The notes under the pieces: generated by a model
What the model saw: the letters and a program-made list of their open reading frames with translations, nothing else
Database searches by the model: none
What the model was told of the DNA's origin: nothing
Part shown: piece by piece, positions 9,385 through 19,423 of the stretch
Position numbering within the stretch: the stretch's first letter is position 1
Layout of the letters: each line of letters starts with the position of its first letter
Program-made: the position numbers and the translations under genes
DNA from: Polynucleobacter sp.
Lineage (GTDB): Bacteria > Pseudomonadota > Gammaproteobacteria > Burkholderiales > Burkholderiaceae_D
DNA length: 64,000 nt
Assembly (NCBI GenBank): GCA_021737945.1
Contig: JAIPCX010000012.1
Span: 6,665 to 70,664, forward strand
Reading direction: 5' to 3'

Positions 9385-10881
9385 TTAGTACACGAACTCA
9401 GTGCTTGGATCGAGTGGGAACATCGGTCGACGTAACTGAGTAAATGGGAAAAATGCGTAGTTCGAACTAGTCGGCCCGCCCGTATCTGAGTCGCACTCGA
9501 TCAAGCCTTTGGCAATAGCGCCAAACACAGGCCGACAATACATGCGTGACTTCAGCAGCAAGTAATCATACTTAGAAGGATCGAGTCCTACGCAGCTGAA
9601 AATCCCCATATCAAAAGGTTCGGTGCGTTGCTCGCAAATGACGATCAGAGCATCGATGGTGTCGAATAAAACAGTGCGCCCCATACTCACTTTGGCGCCC
9701 GTATAGATCGGGCCAGTAACGATAAATTCACCATCACTTCTTGCGCGCAAAACTCCCACCAGCGATAGTGATTTCTTTTTCTTGGTTTGGTGAGCGAGCT
9801 GGTTGTGATTGCCTATGTCAACGCGCACCACATCCGTTGGACGCAGCTTCCACAGACGTTGTACCGCTTTGGGATCGCAGATCGGACCCACCACAATCGG
9901 TGTGAGATGTTTAACGAGCGCTGTCGCGAGCACATCCATGGTGTCGCAGGTACCGCCTGACATCACGTTATCGCTATGATCTAGCAGCAGCACCGGGCCA
10001 TCACCTTCACTCTTTTGCAATTCGCGTGCTTGTTCTAAGGATTCTTTCAGCGGGGCGCTGTGATATACAAAACCTTCACGTTCTTGCCACAGTTGTTGCG
10101 CGATACGTTCTGCTACTGAGTCTGCAAGCATTTCATCATTGTCAGTAACGACGATGACCGACATTCCTGCATCAGCAAAATCCGCCAATGAAAATCCTGC
10201 CATGATGGAGACAGCTAACACGCCTTCTTCTAGTTCGGCTTGGCGTGCCGCTTCAACGGCTCGTTGCATCGCTCCTTCGTTGGTATTACTACGCAGGGTA
10301 TGTGATAGCAGTGGAAGTTGTTTCCAGCGAGTGATGGGGCGTGATTGACCTGACAGTAAATCCATCATCAATCGTCCAGCATGCTCGCCAGTTTCGGCCA
10401 TATCAATGTGCGGATAAGTTTTGAAGCTGATGATGATGTTGGCATGTTCCACCATCGATTGCGTTACATTGCCATGCAAATCAAGCGCCACAGCAATCGG
10501 TACATCGGGTGCTATTGCACGAATATTTTTTAAAAGTTCACCCTCACCATCAGCGGCATTTTCGGCGACTAATGCGCCATGCAGGTCGAGCAAAATAGCG
10601 TCGGGCTGCTCGCTCAGTGCATCAAGTATGCATTGACTTAATGTTGTGTAGGCCTCAGCGGCGACCGTACCACTGGGGTTGGCCGTTGCAGAAAGTGGTG
10701 TGATTAATTGATGGTCGGCTTGGGCTTCAACTAGGCGTATAAAGGCGCCCATTGCGGTACGAGCATTACGCTGATCGTTGAGTGCATCGTCGCCATACAA
10801 AGGCAGAAACGACTCGAGCGGCGTTGCTACCGGTGAGAAGGTATTGGTTTCGTGGTTGAAGCGGGCAATCAGAAATTTCAT
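9385..10881 (-). CDS. M81 family metallopeptidase (MlrC / microcystinase C-like)
   Basis: 498 aa. The N-terminus MKFLIARFNHETNTFSP and the overall length are typical of MlrC-like proteins (recognised by eye only). Confidence 0.7.
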   Translation of the reverse strand: MKFLIARFNHETNTFSPVATPLESFLPLYGDDALNDQRNARTAMGAFIRLVEAQADHQLITPLSATANPSGTVAAEAYTTLSQCILDALSEQPDAILLDLHGALVAENAADGEGELLKNIRAIAPDVPIAVALDLHGNVTQSMVEHANIIISFKTYPHIDMAETGEHAGRLMMDLLSGQSRPITRWKQLPLLSHTLRSNTNEGAMQRAVEAARQAELEEGVLAVSIMAGFSLADFADAGMSVIVVTDNDEMLADSVAERIAQQLWQEREGFVYHSAPLKESLEQARELQKSEGDGPVLLLDHSDNVMSGGTCDTMDVLATALVKHLTPIVVGPICDPKAVQRLWKLRPTDVVRVDIGNHNQLAHQTKKKKSLSLVGVLRARSDGEFIVTGPIYTGAKVSMGRTVLFDTIDALIVICEQRTEPFDMGIFSCVGLDPSKYDYLLLKSRMYCRPVFGAIAKGLIECDSDTGGPTSSNYAFFPFTQLRRPMFPLDPSTEFVY

Positions 10882-10967
10882 TGGCGATTAACGGAAACAG
10901 ACATCCGATACAGTGCTCTACTTGCACGAGAGCTTACCAGCAATGTTCGCATTACATAGTGTAGTGA

Positions 10968-12560
10968 TTACGCTGTCTGTCGCAAGGATCGTTTGAGTAG
11001 CTTGCCATTCGGATTGCGTGGCAGTGGTTGATCGGTAAATACAACCTCCTCGGGAACTTTGTAATCCGCTAAACGCGCTGCGCAGTGTGCTTTCACAGCA
11101 GCGACATCCACGGTTGTCTTCGGTGCGTACACATAGGCATGCACGCGTTCACCCAGCACCGGGCAGGGATGTCCGACCACCGCAGCTTCGACTACGCCGG
11201 GCAGGGCCATTAAAGCGTTTTCTACTTCGACAGAATAAATTTTATAACCACCACGATTGATCATGTCCTTGATGCGATCAAAGATACGCACCAAACCTTG
11301 GGCATCTTTCGATCCCAGATCACCCGAGCGCCAGCAACCTTCAGCAAAACCTTTTGCGGTAGCTTCAGGGTTATTCCAGTAACCAGGTACTACCATCGGG
11401 CCACCGATCCACAATTCACCGGATTCACCGGGTGCGACTTCTTGATCTTGATCGTTCATGATGCGTATCGTCGCGCATGGCAAGGTAATACCGATACTGT
11501 CGTTATGAATCGCCGATAAACCTAATGGCATTACAGTCGCCGGTGAGGTTGACTCAGTTGAGCCATAACAGTTTACGAGTGTCATGCCAGGTACAGCCTC
11601 AGCCAGTGCCTGCACCGTTGGTACTGGCATGGGCGCACCGCCAAAAGCACCGACCCGCCAGTTCGACAAATCAACGGTACGAAATATTGGTTGTAGCAAG
11701 CAGAGTTGATACATCGCCGGCACCATCACTGAAAACGTAACGCGCTCACGCGCTGCGAGCGGTACAAAATCAGCGGCCTTAAATTCTGCGATGACTACCA
11801 ACGTGCCCATCACATGCACCATCTCGGCAATCAATGCGATCAACCCGGTGACATGACTAGCTGGTACAGCAAGCGCACCACGTTCATCCTTGGTGAGCTG
11901 CATCGTTACTTCGTAATGAACCACCGAGTGCGCAATATTCAAATGCGTGAGCATGGCCCCTTTGGGGTTGCCGGTGGTGCCAGATGTGTAGAGGATGCAG
12001 GCGCAGTCTTCTTCATTGACTACAACGGTGTTCGTGGTAGGGCCATCCAGTGCATGCAATGCTTCGATAGTGCCGCTGGCCTGACCCGTTGAAACACGTA
12101 ATTGCAATTGCGGTGAGGTAGTCACATTAGGAATGCGGTCGGTAAGTTCTTCATCAAACACGATACCGACGGCACCACATTGATTGACGATATACGCCAA
12201 GCCCGGCCCTTGTTCACGAGTGCCTACAGGGACGGTGATCACGCCCAATTTTTGCAATGCGAATAGCACTGTAATGAATTCGGGGCGGTTCGAAATGAAC
12301 ATCACCACGCGGTCGCCTTGTTTCATGCCGCGCGCAGCAAAACCGTTGGCCAGTTTGTTTACTTCAGCGCTGACCTCGGCATAGCTTAGGTGCTGATCAT
12401 TAAAGCTGATGCATTCATGCTGCGGGCGCTCTTTAATCGCACGCTCGAACATCCAGTAAAACGAAGGAGGGCGATTCACAAAACATTGAATTGTTCGCCC
12501 GTCAAAGTGAACTTCACTGCGCATAGCAGGCAGTGTTACATGATCTTTCCAGGCTATCAT
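10968..12560 (-). CDS. AMP-dependent acyl-CoA synthetase/ligase
   Basis: 530 aa. The AMP-binding signature is ILYTSGTTGNPKGAMLTH. C-terminal GDLG...DRIKDMINRGGYKIYS is also present. Confidence 0.9.
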   Translation of the reverse strand: MIAWKDHVTLPAMRSEVHFDGRTIQCFVNRPPSFYWMFERAIKERPQHECISFNDQHLSYAEVSAEVNKLANGFAARGMKQGDRVVMFISNRPEFITVLFALQKLGVITVPVGTREQGPGLAYIVNQCGAVGIVFDEELTDRIPNVTTSPQLQLRVSTGQASGTIEALHALDGPTTNTVVVNEEDCACILYTSGTTGNPKGAMLTHLNIAHSVVHYEVTMQLTKDERGALAVPASHVTGLIALIAEMVHVMGTLVVIAEFKAADFVPLAARERVTFSVMVPAMYQLCLLQPIFRTVDLSNWRVGAFGGAPMPVPTVQALAEAVPGMTLVNCYGSTESTSPATVMPLGLSAIHNDSIGITLPCATIRIMNDQDQEVAPGESGELWIGGPMVVPGYWNNPEATAKGFAEGCWRSGDLGSKDAQGLVRIFDRIKDMINRGGYKIYSVEVENALMALPGVVEAAVVGHPCPVLGERVHAYVYAPKTTVDVAAVKAHCAARLADYKVPEEVVFTDQPLPRNPNGKLLKRSLRQTA

Positions 12561-12574
12561 TTTGTTAAGCTAGT

Positions 12575-13222
12575 TTAGGCAGGCTGGCGGTTAGCACCAC
12601 GCTCGATTACAATTTCTGCATCGAGCAAGTTTTTAGAGTGATTCAAATCGGATTGCGCAATCAGCACTGATACATCACCGCCGCGCAGTCCAGCGATCAC
12701 TTCAGACAGGCGCGCTGATAAGGCCGGCGCCACACCTTCGAACGGCTCATCCAGCAGAAGTAACTTACGACCTATCGTCAGAGCGCGTGCTAAAGCCACC
12801 AATTTTTGCTGTCCACCTGACAGTAGAAGTGCACGACGATGGCTCATCTCTTTGAGTTCGGGTAGCACGTGATAAACAAACTCAAGGCGCGGCGCGGTAT
12901 CGTCGACTTTCATCGCCCACAATGGAACGAGAATGTTTTCTTCAACGGTCAGTTCAGGAACCAAGCCACGATCTTCCGGCATATAACCAATACCTAAAGC
13001 GGCACGTGCATGACGTGGCATGCGCGCGAGATCTTCGCCATCCCACGTGATATGACCGCTGCTCAGTGGTAGGTGACCCATGATAGAGCGCAGAGTGGTT
13101 GATTTGCCCGCACCATTACGACCAATGAGTCCTACCATTTGGCCGCTACCGACTTCTAACGATAGTCCGCGCAGTACCTGCACTGATTGTATCGATACAT
13201 CAATTTTTTCAATCCTCAGCAT
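12575..13222 (-). CDS. Liv/HAAT-family ABC transporter ATP-binding protein (LivF-like)
   Basis: Walker A is GRNGAGKST, the signature is LSGGQQK, and Walker B is LLLLDEP. It overlaps the upstream ATPase gene by 14 nt. Confidence 0.9.
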   Translation of the reverse strand: MLRIEKIDVSIQSVQVLRGLSLEVGSGQMVGLIGRNGAGKSTTLRSIMGHLPLSSGHITWDGEDLARMPRHARAALGIGYMPEDRGLVPELTVEENILVPLWAMKVDDTAPRLEFVYHVLPELKEMSHRRALLLSGGQQKLVALARALTIGRKLLLLDEPFEGVAPALSARLSEVIAGLRGGDVSVLIAQSDLNHSKNLLDAEIVIERGANRQPA

Positions 13223-13988
13223 GTTCTTTCCTGTCTGATAGCGTGCCGGTTACGTAGCGCTGTACGTCGGCTGAGGCTAGTGCAATGGAAGGCTTGTCGT
13301 CAGCAATCACGCGGCCGCTATAAAACGCAATCACGCGATCGGCATAGCGATCAACGATATCCATATCATGTTCAACAAAAAGTACGGTCACGGCTTCTTG
13401 CGAAAGGGCGCGCATAACGGTATCCATCATTGGAAATTTTTCATCGGCCGATACACCAGACGTAGGCTCATCTAGCAACAGCACTTTCGGCTGACGCGTG
13501 AGCGCCATCGCGATATCCAGCAGCTTGCGTACACCACCGGGTAGTTCACCCACCGTGCGATGCGTATGCGCAGATAATTCAAAGCGTTCTAACAGCTCGG
13601 CAGCACGCTCTTGTGCCGCAGTATTACGTGCAGTACGCCAGAAAGACAAACCACCCGCTTGCGATGCAATCGCCACCAGCATATTGTCGAACACCGTCAT
13701 TTCTTTAAAGAGCTGCGGAATCTGAAACGAGCGCGCAACACCGAGTCGCGCAATGCTGCGCGGAGCTAAGCCTGCAATGTTTTCACCATGCAGAAGAATT
13801 TGACCAGAATCGGGTTTGATATAACCCGTGATCATATTCACGAAGGTGGTTTTGCCGGCACCGTTGCTACCTATCAAACTGACCTTCGCACCTGCGGGAA
13901 TATCGACATTAATGTCGGAAGCAGCAACCACTGCACCAAAACGTTTTTCTAGTGAGCGAGCGGAGATCGCAAAGTCATGAGCACTCAT
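13209..13988 (-). CDS. Liv/HAAT-family ABC transporter ATP-binding protein (LivG-like)
   Basis: Walker A is GSNGAGKTT and Walker B is VLLLDEPTSG. A 4-nt overlap with the permease gene is consistent with an operon. Confidence 0.9.
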   Translation of the reverse strand: MSAHDFAISARSLEKRFGAVVAASDINVDIPAGAKVSLIGSNGAGKTTFVNMITGYIKPDSGQILLHGENIAGLAPRSIARLGVARSFQIPQLFKEMTVFDNMLVAIASQAGGLSFWRTARNTAAQERAAELLERFELSAHTHRTVGELPGGVRKLLDIAMALTRQPKVLLLDEPTSGVSADEKFPMMDTVMRALSQEAVTVLFVEHDMDIVDRYADRVIAFYSGRVIADDKPSIALASADVQRYVTGTLSDRKEHAED

Positions 13989-14944
13989 GCCTGTTCTCCT
14001 TTTTTGCGTTTAGCTTCCCATATTGAACCGATACCGCGTGGCAGAAAGCGAATGACGGCGAGTAAGAACAGCCCGAGCGATAACTGCCAGCTATTCGGGA
14101 AATATGAACTCGAGAATGAACGTACGATTTCGAGTACGGTCGAGGCAATAAAAGCAGCGATCACACTGTGATGACCCGCCAAGATAGCGACAAACACAAA
14201 GTCACCCGAGGTAGTCCAAAAACTGAATTCGGGTTCTACATGACCGAGCGCCATCACAGCCAGCGCGCCACCCATACCACCGGTGAACGCAGCGATCAAA
14301 TAATTAGCAGCGATTAGGTTTTGTACCGAGCTGCCCAAGTATTCAACGCGAATTTCATTATCACGCGAAGCGAGTGCGACGAGTCCGCGGGTTGAATCGA
14401 AATAAATGCGCATCGCCATACCAACTAATCCACCTAAAGTGACGGTGACGGCGTAGCTCGCATAGCCACTCCAACTATCGGTTGGGCGTACTCCAAAAAT
14501 ACTGACTCGTCCCATATTAAAACCATCGGACCCACCCATGGTCTGCGATTTCATTAAGAGACCGTACAACACCATCGATAATGCCAGTGACAGCATCGCA
14601 AAGAAAATGCCACGGTAGCGTGCAATCAGCAACGCGAAGGGTAGAGCAACCAATAAAGCAACCAGACCACCACCTAAAGCCAGTAGCACAGCATCGGTGA
14701 TTCCCAGATTGCCAAACGACAGTGCTGCGGTATAACCGCCCAACGCAAACACCATACCCTGACCAAAGGACACCACACCGGTTCGCATTAGCGAAACAAT
14801 ACCTAGCGATACCAGACCATTAGCCGCCGACATCGTAATTAGAAAAGTTAGCCATTTCGGCATAACGGTGCCAGCCACCAGCAAGATCGCGATGCACGCA
14901 ATACCAGCGATTAGCGTACGCATTGAAGAAGATAAGGAATTCAT
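13985..14944 (-). CDS. Liv/HAAT-family ABC transporter permease (LivM-like)
   Basis: 319 aa polytopic membrane protein. It sits between the LivH-like and LivG-like genes. Confidence 0.85.
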   Translation of the reverse strand: MNSLSSSMRTLIAGIACIAILLVAGTVMPKWLTFLITMSAANGLVSLGIVSLMRTGVVSFGQGMVFALGGYTAALSFGNLGITDAVLLALGGGLVALLVALPFALLIARYRGIFFAMLSLALSMVLYGLLMKSQTMGGSDGFNMGRVSIFGVRPTDSWSGYASYAVTVTLGGLVGMAMRIYFDSTRGLVALASRDNEIRVEYLGSSVQNLIAANYLIAAFTGGMGGALAVMALGHVEPEFSFWTTSGDFVFVAILAGHHSVIAAFIASTVLEIVRSFSSSYFPNSWQLSLGLFLLAVIRFLPRGIGSIWEAKRKKGEQA

Positions 14945-14945
14945 G

Positions 14946-15842
14946 TCAGATCTTCCTCGCCTGAATGCGCTGAAATAATCCTTCAGGGCGGAACATCAGC
15001 ACGACCGCCATCACCACGTAAATCGAAAACAACTCGGCTACTGGCCATACGTGTACCGCTGCTGAGCGAGCGATACCCACAATTAACGCGCCAATCGCGG
15101 CACCAGGAATACTACCCAAGCCACCGATAATCACTACGGCGAACGAAACAATGACAACACCGACCGATACACCAGGCTGCACCGAAATCATTGGCGCAGT
15201 CAGCGCGCCACCGAGTGAAGCGAGAAAAATACCGGTTGCAAAAGCGAGCGTATAAATTCGCGAGACATTCACACCCATGCTTGAAGCGATTTCTTCGCTG
15301 TGAATTACGGCGAGCACAATTTTTCCGATGCGTGTGCGATTCAGGCCCCACCAAACGACGTAGCCTACGATCGCCGCCACCGCCACCAACATGAAGTCAT
15401 AGCCGACATACGACTGCGGGCCCATTTCTACAATTCCAAACAACATGTATGGCTCAGATACATAGAGTGGATTCACTCCCCAAATGAGTTTGGTCGCATC
15501 TTCCATAATTAGAAAGAGCGCGAAGGTTACTAGCACCAACAGCACCTCATCACGGCCATAAAAAACACGTAGCAGACCTCGTTCACAAAGCGGCGCGATC
15601 AATGCAGCTACGGCTACTGCAGCCAGTAACATCGCGATTAACGATAATTCAGGCGCCAACTGCATGCTGGCAAACCAGCCCACGAGCGTGGCAGCTGCAT
15701 AGGCACCGAGAGCATAGAAACTGCCGTGCGCGACATTGAGAATTTTTAATACGCCAAAGACCAGAGTCAGGCCCAGCGCAACGATGAACAGCCATGACGC
15801 GTAGGTCAGGCCATCGATCAGGATGGTAAAAATGAGATTCAT
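14946..15842 (-). CDS. Liv/HAAT-family ABC transporter permease (LivH-like)
   Basis: 298 aa polytopic membrane protein. The N-terminus MNLIFTILIDGLTYASWLFIVALGLTLVFGV is typical of LivH. Confidence 0.85.
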   Translation of the reverse strand: MNLIFTILIDGLTYASWLFIVALGLTLVFGVLKILNVAHGSFYALGAYAAATLVGWFASMQLAPELSLIAMLLAAVAVAALIAPLCERGLLRVFYGRDEVLLVLVTFALFLIMEDATKLIWGVNPLYVSEPYMLFGIVEMGPQSYVGYDFMLVAVAAIVGYVVWWGLNRTRIGKIVLAVIHSEEIASSMGVNVSRIYTLAFATGIFLASLGGALTAPMISVQPGVSVGVVIVSFAVVIIGGLGSIPGAAIGALIVGIARSAAVHVWPVAELFSIYVVMAVVLMFRPEGLFQRIQARKI

Positions 15843-15975
15843 GGGACGCTTCTTTTAGTAATTCTTTTTGCCAGACCAGCATGCTCCTGATAGCAAGTGA
15901 TCTTTCGGGGTTACTGCAGTGACTTAAGGAACGGGCTTCACTTAAAAAGCGAAGCCCGCACAACATCAGGTTTTA

Positions 15976-17292
15976 TTAGTCACACTTGGCGCCGGGGAAG
16001 CCTGCTTTCATCCAGTCTTCCGACTTCATGTTCGCTGGAGGATTCACGCATTCTGCATCAAAGCGCTGAATATCTTCCAATGACACGCGTTTGTTTGCTG
16101 CATCCCAGCGTGTACGACCAATCGCCGTTGGCTGAATCGCTTGTTGTCCAGCCGCCAGTGCCATCTTGACTTTGCCACTCGGTGCTTCCCACTCAGAGCT
16201 GCGAAGTGCAGCTGCGATTTGTTCGTTGCTTGGCTTCTTGCCGCCGTTAGCAGCCATCGCTTTTTCTACCGCTAGTTTCACGCCCATCAGTGCTTGTGCC
16301 ATACGGTAGGGAGCTTGCACTGGATAGACGCCCCATTGGATTTTGTACGACGCCCACCACCAATCGTTTAGCGCAGATTTTGGTGCGAGCAAACCGTTAG
16401 CACCACGTGCACCTAATACTGTACCGTCGGGCATTTTGTCGCCGAGTGGAGTCAGTACGTGGTCAGCAGCCGTTAACACTACTTGCGTCTTTTTAAACAA
16501 GCCGCGTGGGCCTGCTTGCAAAACAAACGCCTGCAAATCACCGCCCCAGAGGCTGGAATGAGTCACGTCTGCTGTCTGAGACATTAACTGAGAGATTTCG
16601 GTACCGTACTGGCCTGCGCCGAATTTCGGACGCTGGTCTGATTGAATTTTCGCTTCCGGATAAAGGTATTTCATCGAGAGCGAAAAGTCTTTTAGCGAAT
16701 CATGGCCCCACGCATAGTCTTGGTTGATCATGTTGATCGTGCTGACTTTCATGTTGCGTGATTTCAGATAGCGCGCAGCAGCGACGTTATCCATCGCGCC
16801 ATGGGACGCGGTACGGAATACGTATTTGTAGCTCGCTTCTTCGAAAATACGGGGTGAGCCGCAATCGTAGAGCACTAACAGACGCTTCATTTCTTCAGCA
16901 ACCGGCGATACCGCCAAGCAGTCACCGGAGCTGACATAGCCGATCACCATATCGACGCCTTCGCGGTCATACAGATTGCGCAGTTCTTGTACTTGCTTGG
17001 TTGCGCCGCCGTTTTCATCGACATACACAGGCACGATGTTCATGCCACCAAAACCTTTTTTGTTATACGGTGCAGGTGCTTTGCCACCGTTAAAGGCTTC
17101 GAGCAGTGTTTTTGCGCCATTCACAGCAGGCACACCAAAACTATCCGCTGCTTGGCCAGAGAGAAAGCTGACGATACCAATCTTGAAGTCTTCCGCGGCT
17201 GCAGTGCCAGCCATGCTGAGCGCCATCAAGCTGGCAGCTGAAATGGCCGTCAGTTTTTTCCATTGAGGACGCAAAGTCGGGGTGTGAGTCAT
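15976..17292 (-). CDS. periplasmic substrate-binding protein of the Liv-type ABC transporter
   Basis: 438 aa. The signal peptide ends ...ALSMAGTAAA/EDFK. It is the first gene of the minus-strand operon. Confidence 0.8.
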   Translation of the reverse strand: MTHTPTLRPQWKKLTAISAASLMALSMAGTAAAEDFKIGIVSFLSGQAADSFGVPAVNGAKTLLEAFNGGKAPAPYNKKGFGGMNIVPVYVDENGGATKQVQELRNLYDREGVDMVIGYVSSGDCLAVSPVAEEMKRLLVLYDCGSPRIFEEASYKYVFRTASHGAMDNVAAARYLKSRNMKVSTINMINQDYAWGHDSLKDFSLSMKYLYPEAKIQSDQRPKFGAGQYGTEISQLMSQTADVTHSSLWGGDLQAFVLQAGPRGLFKKTQVVLTAADHVLTPLGDKMPDGTVLGARGANGLLAPKSALNDWWWASYKIQWGVYPVQAPYRMAQALMGVKLAVEKAMAANGGKKPSNEQIAAALRSSEWEAPSGKVKMALAAGQQAIQPTAIGRTRWDAANKRVSLEDIQRFDAECVNPPANMKSEDWMKAGFPGAKCD

Positions 17293-17764
17293 TTATCTTC
17301 TCCTAGTTAATCTTTATATTTCTCGTTATTGTCAGCATCAGCGCCAACTCATTCAGCGGCTCATTCAGTCCGATGCAGAGAATGCATAGTCAACCTTGTA
17401 CGGCATTACTGCCACACAGCAACATTTCCAATGCCAGATGATCCAATTTGTCAGATTGATCAGTCAACCGATATCGATGTTGCGATGCCATAGGAAATCA
17501 GTAGAGCTAGCAGACCTTTATCAATGCCAAAGGCTGCATTATTTTGAAATGAAGCGTGATTGATAGAATTCGTCCAAGAATGGGCCATAAGCAAGCTTAT
17601 GCCCAAAGAACACTAGTCATTCTTGGAATTGTGTGTATTTTTTTAGTGCTTTACTGAATGAACACAAGGAGAGGCTAAGTAGGCTTGAATATGCTGCGCT
17701 GCAAAATGCTCTTTTCAGACATTTTGTTGGTCTAGCGACCAAGCTTGAATTTTTTCAAATTTTC

Positions 17765-18787
17765 CTACTGGGCGGCAGGTTCGGTTGCTTCGGCGGGGGC
17801 TGGTTGTGAGGTCGGGATCAGCTTCATCGCTTCGGTTTCAGAGGGGATTTTGACTCTTAATCCTTGAAGATAAATCTCGATTTGCGCCAATTTACTCGAA
17901 CGAACCAAATACGGCGGCTTACCTCCTACGGATTGACCCACCATCGGCTTGAGTTCGATTAGGCGCGATTTTCCCGTAGCATCTGAAATACATACGGAAC
18001 CGCCTTTGGGGCTAATAACGTAGAGCCTAGAGTCAGATTTCCGTTGATAGCTAGGTGACCAGCTTTTCACATCGCTAGTGCTGCTTACCTGGCATTCATC
18101 GCTCGCATCGGTGGCCGCTGCCAAAGCAGGTTCACGTTTGGTGTCTTTATCTTCTTTGACGTCTTTTAGATCTTTGGTGTCGGGCGAGGCGCTCGGCGTA
18201 AGCTTCACTTCCGGTACAGGTTTGTCTGGCGGAGGCAGGTTAGCAGCCACAGCTCTGCTTGCAGCCGATGGAGCAGTCACCGGTTTATCGATGGGGTTGG
18301 ACACTGCCTCAGCGCTGACTTCATTGTCCGGGCTCTCATCTTTCGTGCCGCGGATTTTCGCGTAGATGGCTAACAAAATGCAGACCACGATAGCCGTAAT
18401 TGCTATCAACCGGCGAACTTCAGCATTGCGTTCTACCGCTGCCAGACGTAAATCAGCAGGCTCGGTTAGGTCGGAGTGAACCATCATCGATGGCGGTGCG
18501 TCCTCGGGTATAGGGATGGTTTGGTTAGCTCCGGGCCCCGTTACGATCTCATCGTATGGGATGTCCAGCGCAGTTGAGTATTTTCGAACTGCCAGTAGTT
18601 TGTGGGCGGGCGTGTAGAAAGGACGATTGCCACCGTCTTCCATATGCTGGATTTGTTCTCGCGATAGCGTGACTGCCGCCGCCATGTCCGTTACCGACAT
18701 GCCGCGTTCTTCCCGTGCAGCTTTCAGGCGTGCACCGTCAACGGTAATGGCATCAAAGTCGATTTCGGTCTTCATGGTTGTTCTCAT
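17765..18787 (-). CDS. RodZ-like membrane protein (N-terminal XRE HTH, one TM helix, Pro/Ala/Lys-rich linker, C-terminal beta-rich domain)
   Basis: 340 aa. The HTH is LKAAREERGMSVTDMAAAVTLSREQIQHMEDG and the TM helix is LIAITAIVVCILLAIYAKI. This architecture matches RodZ/DUF4115-type proteins. The usual rodZ-ispG context is absent. Confidence 0.65.
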   Translation of the reverse strand: MRTTMKTEIDFDAITVDGARLKAAREERGMSVTDMAAAVTLSREQIQHMEDGGNRPFYTPAHKLLAVRKYSTALDIPYDEIVTGPGANQTIPIPEDAPPSMMVHSDLTEPADLRLAAVERNAEVRRLIAITAIVVCILLAIYAKIRGTKDESPDNEVSAEAVSNPIDKPVTAPSAASRAVAANLPPPDKPVPEVKLTPSASPDTKDLKDVKEDKDTKREPALAAATDASDECQVSSTSDVKSWSPSYQRKSDSRLYVISPKGGSVCISDATGKSRLIELKPMVGQSVGGKPPYLVRSSKLAQIEIYLQGLRVKIPSETEAMKLIPTSQPAPAEATEPAAQ

Positions 18788-18926
18788 TCGGGGTTATCGG
18801 GGCGCTGTGCTTAACCGACTGCTCGCAAAATTCCGATAAGTTCCCTTAAGATAACATCGAATGCGGCAATTTTTAGGATTTGTCTCGGACCTTGGACACC
18901 AACCCAACAAATAACAAAGTAAAAAA

Positions 18927-19277
18927 TCAGGTAAAAAATCGTTCCAGACTACTTAGCGGTACTCCATAGCCTCGAGCCAGCCTGACCATGGTCCGAAATC
19001 CGGGCTCGCCATACGAACCGCTTTCAATTTTGGAAACCGTTGGTAGTGAGACGCCGCTGGCTGGATTGTCATTCAATTGACTGGCTCGGCAGACATCGAT
19101 TTTGCTCATGTGTCGCGCCAGACGCACGGCGGCCAGGTACTCGTGGCAGTCGTTGAAGTCGTCGGCCGAGATATCAGCCAGCCACTTTTTGGAGATTTCA
19201 GCCAGCGATCCATTTTCCTTGGCCGTTGACTCACGAGCAATGGTTTTAACCTCGGTGAGTCGGGTGCTGTTTGGCAT
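18927..19277 (-). CDS. small XRE-type helix-turn-helix protein
   Basis: 116 aa. The C-terminal HTH-like segment is MSKIDVCRASQLN...LPTVSKIESGSYGEPGFRTMVRLARGYGV. The N-terminal 55 aa are unassigned. Confidence 0.55.
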   Translation of the reverse strand: MPNSTRLTEVKTIARESTAKENGSLAEISKKWLADISADDFNDCHEYLAAVRLARHMSKIDVCRASQLNDNPASGVSLPTVSKIESGSYGEPGFRTMVRLARGYGVPLSSLERFFT

Positions 19278-19423
19278 GAAAATCTCCTTCTTATTGTTCT
19301 TGGCCGTCCAGCACTACTTGAGGGCGCAGGCGGATACGATAATAAATTCGAGCTTTCAGGGTAAAGAAAAATTTCACTTGGGAAAATAGACCCGGAGGGC
19401 AAGTTCAGATCATTCAGCCTAGC

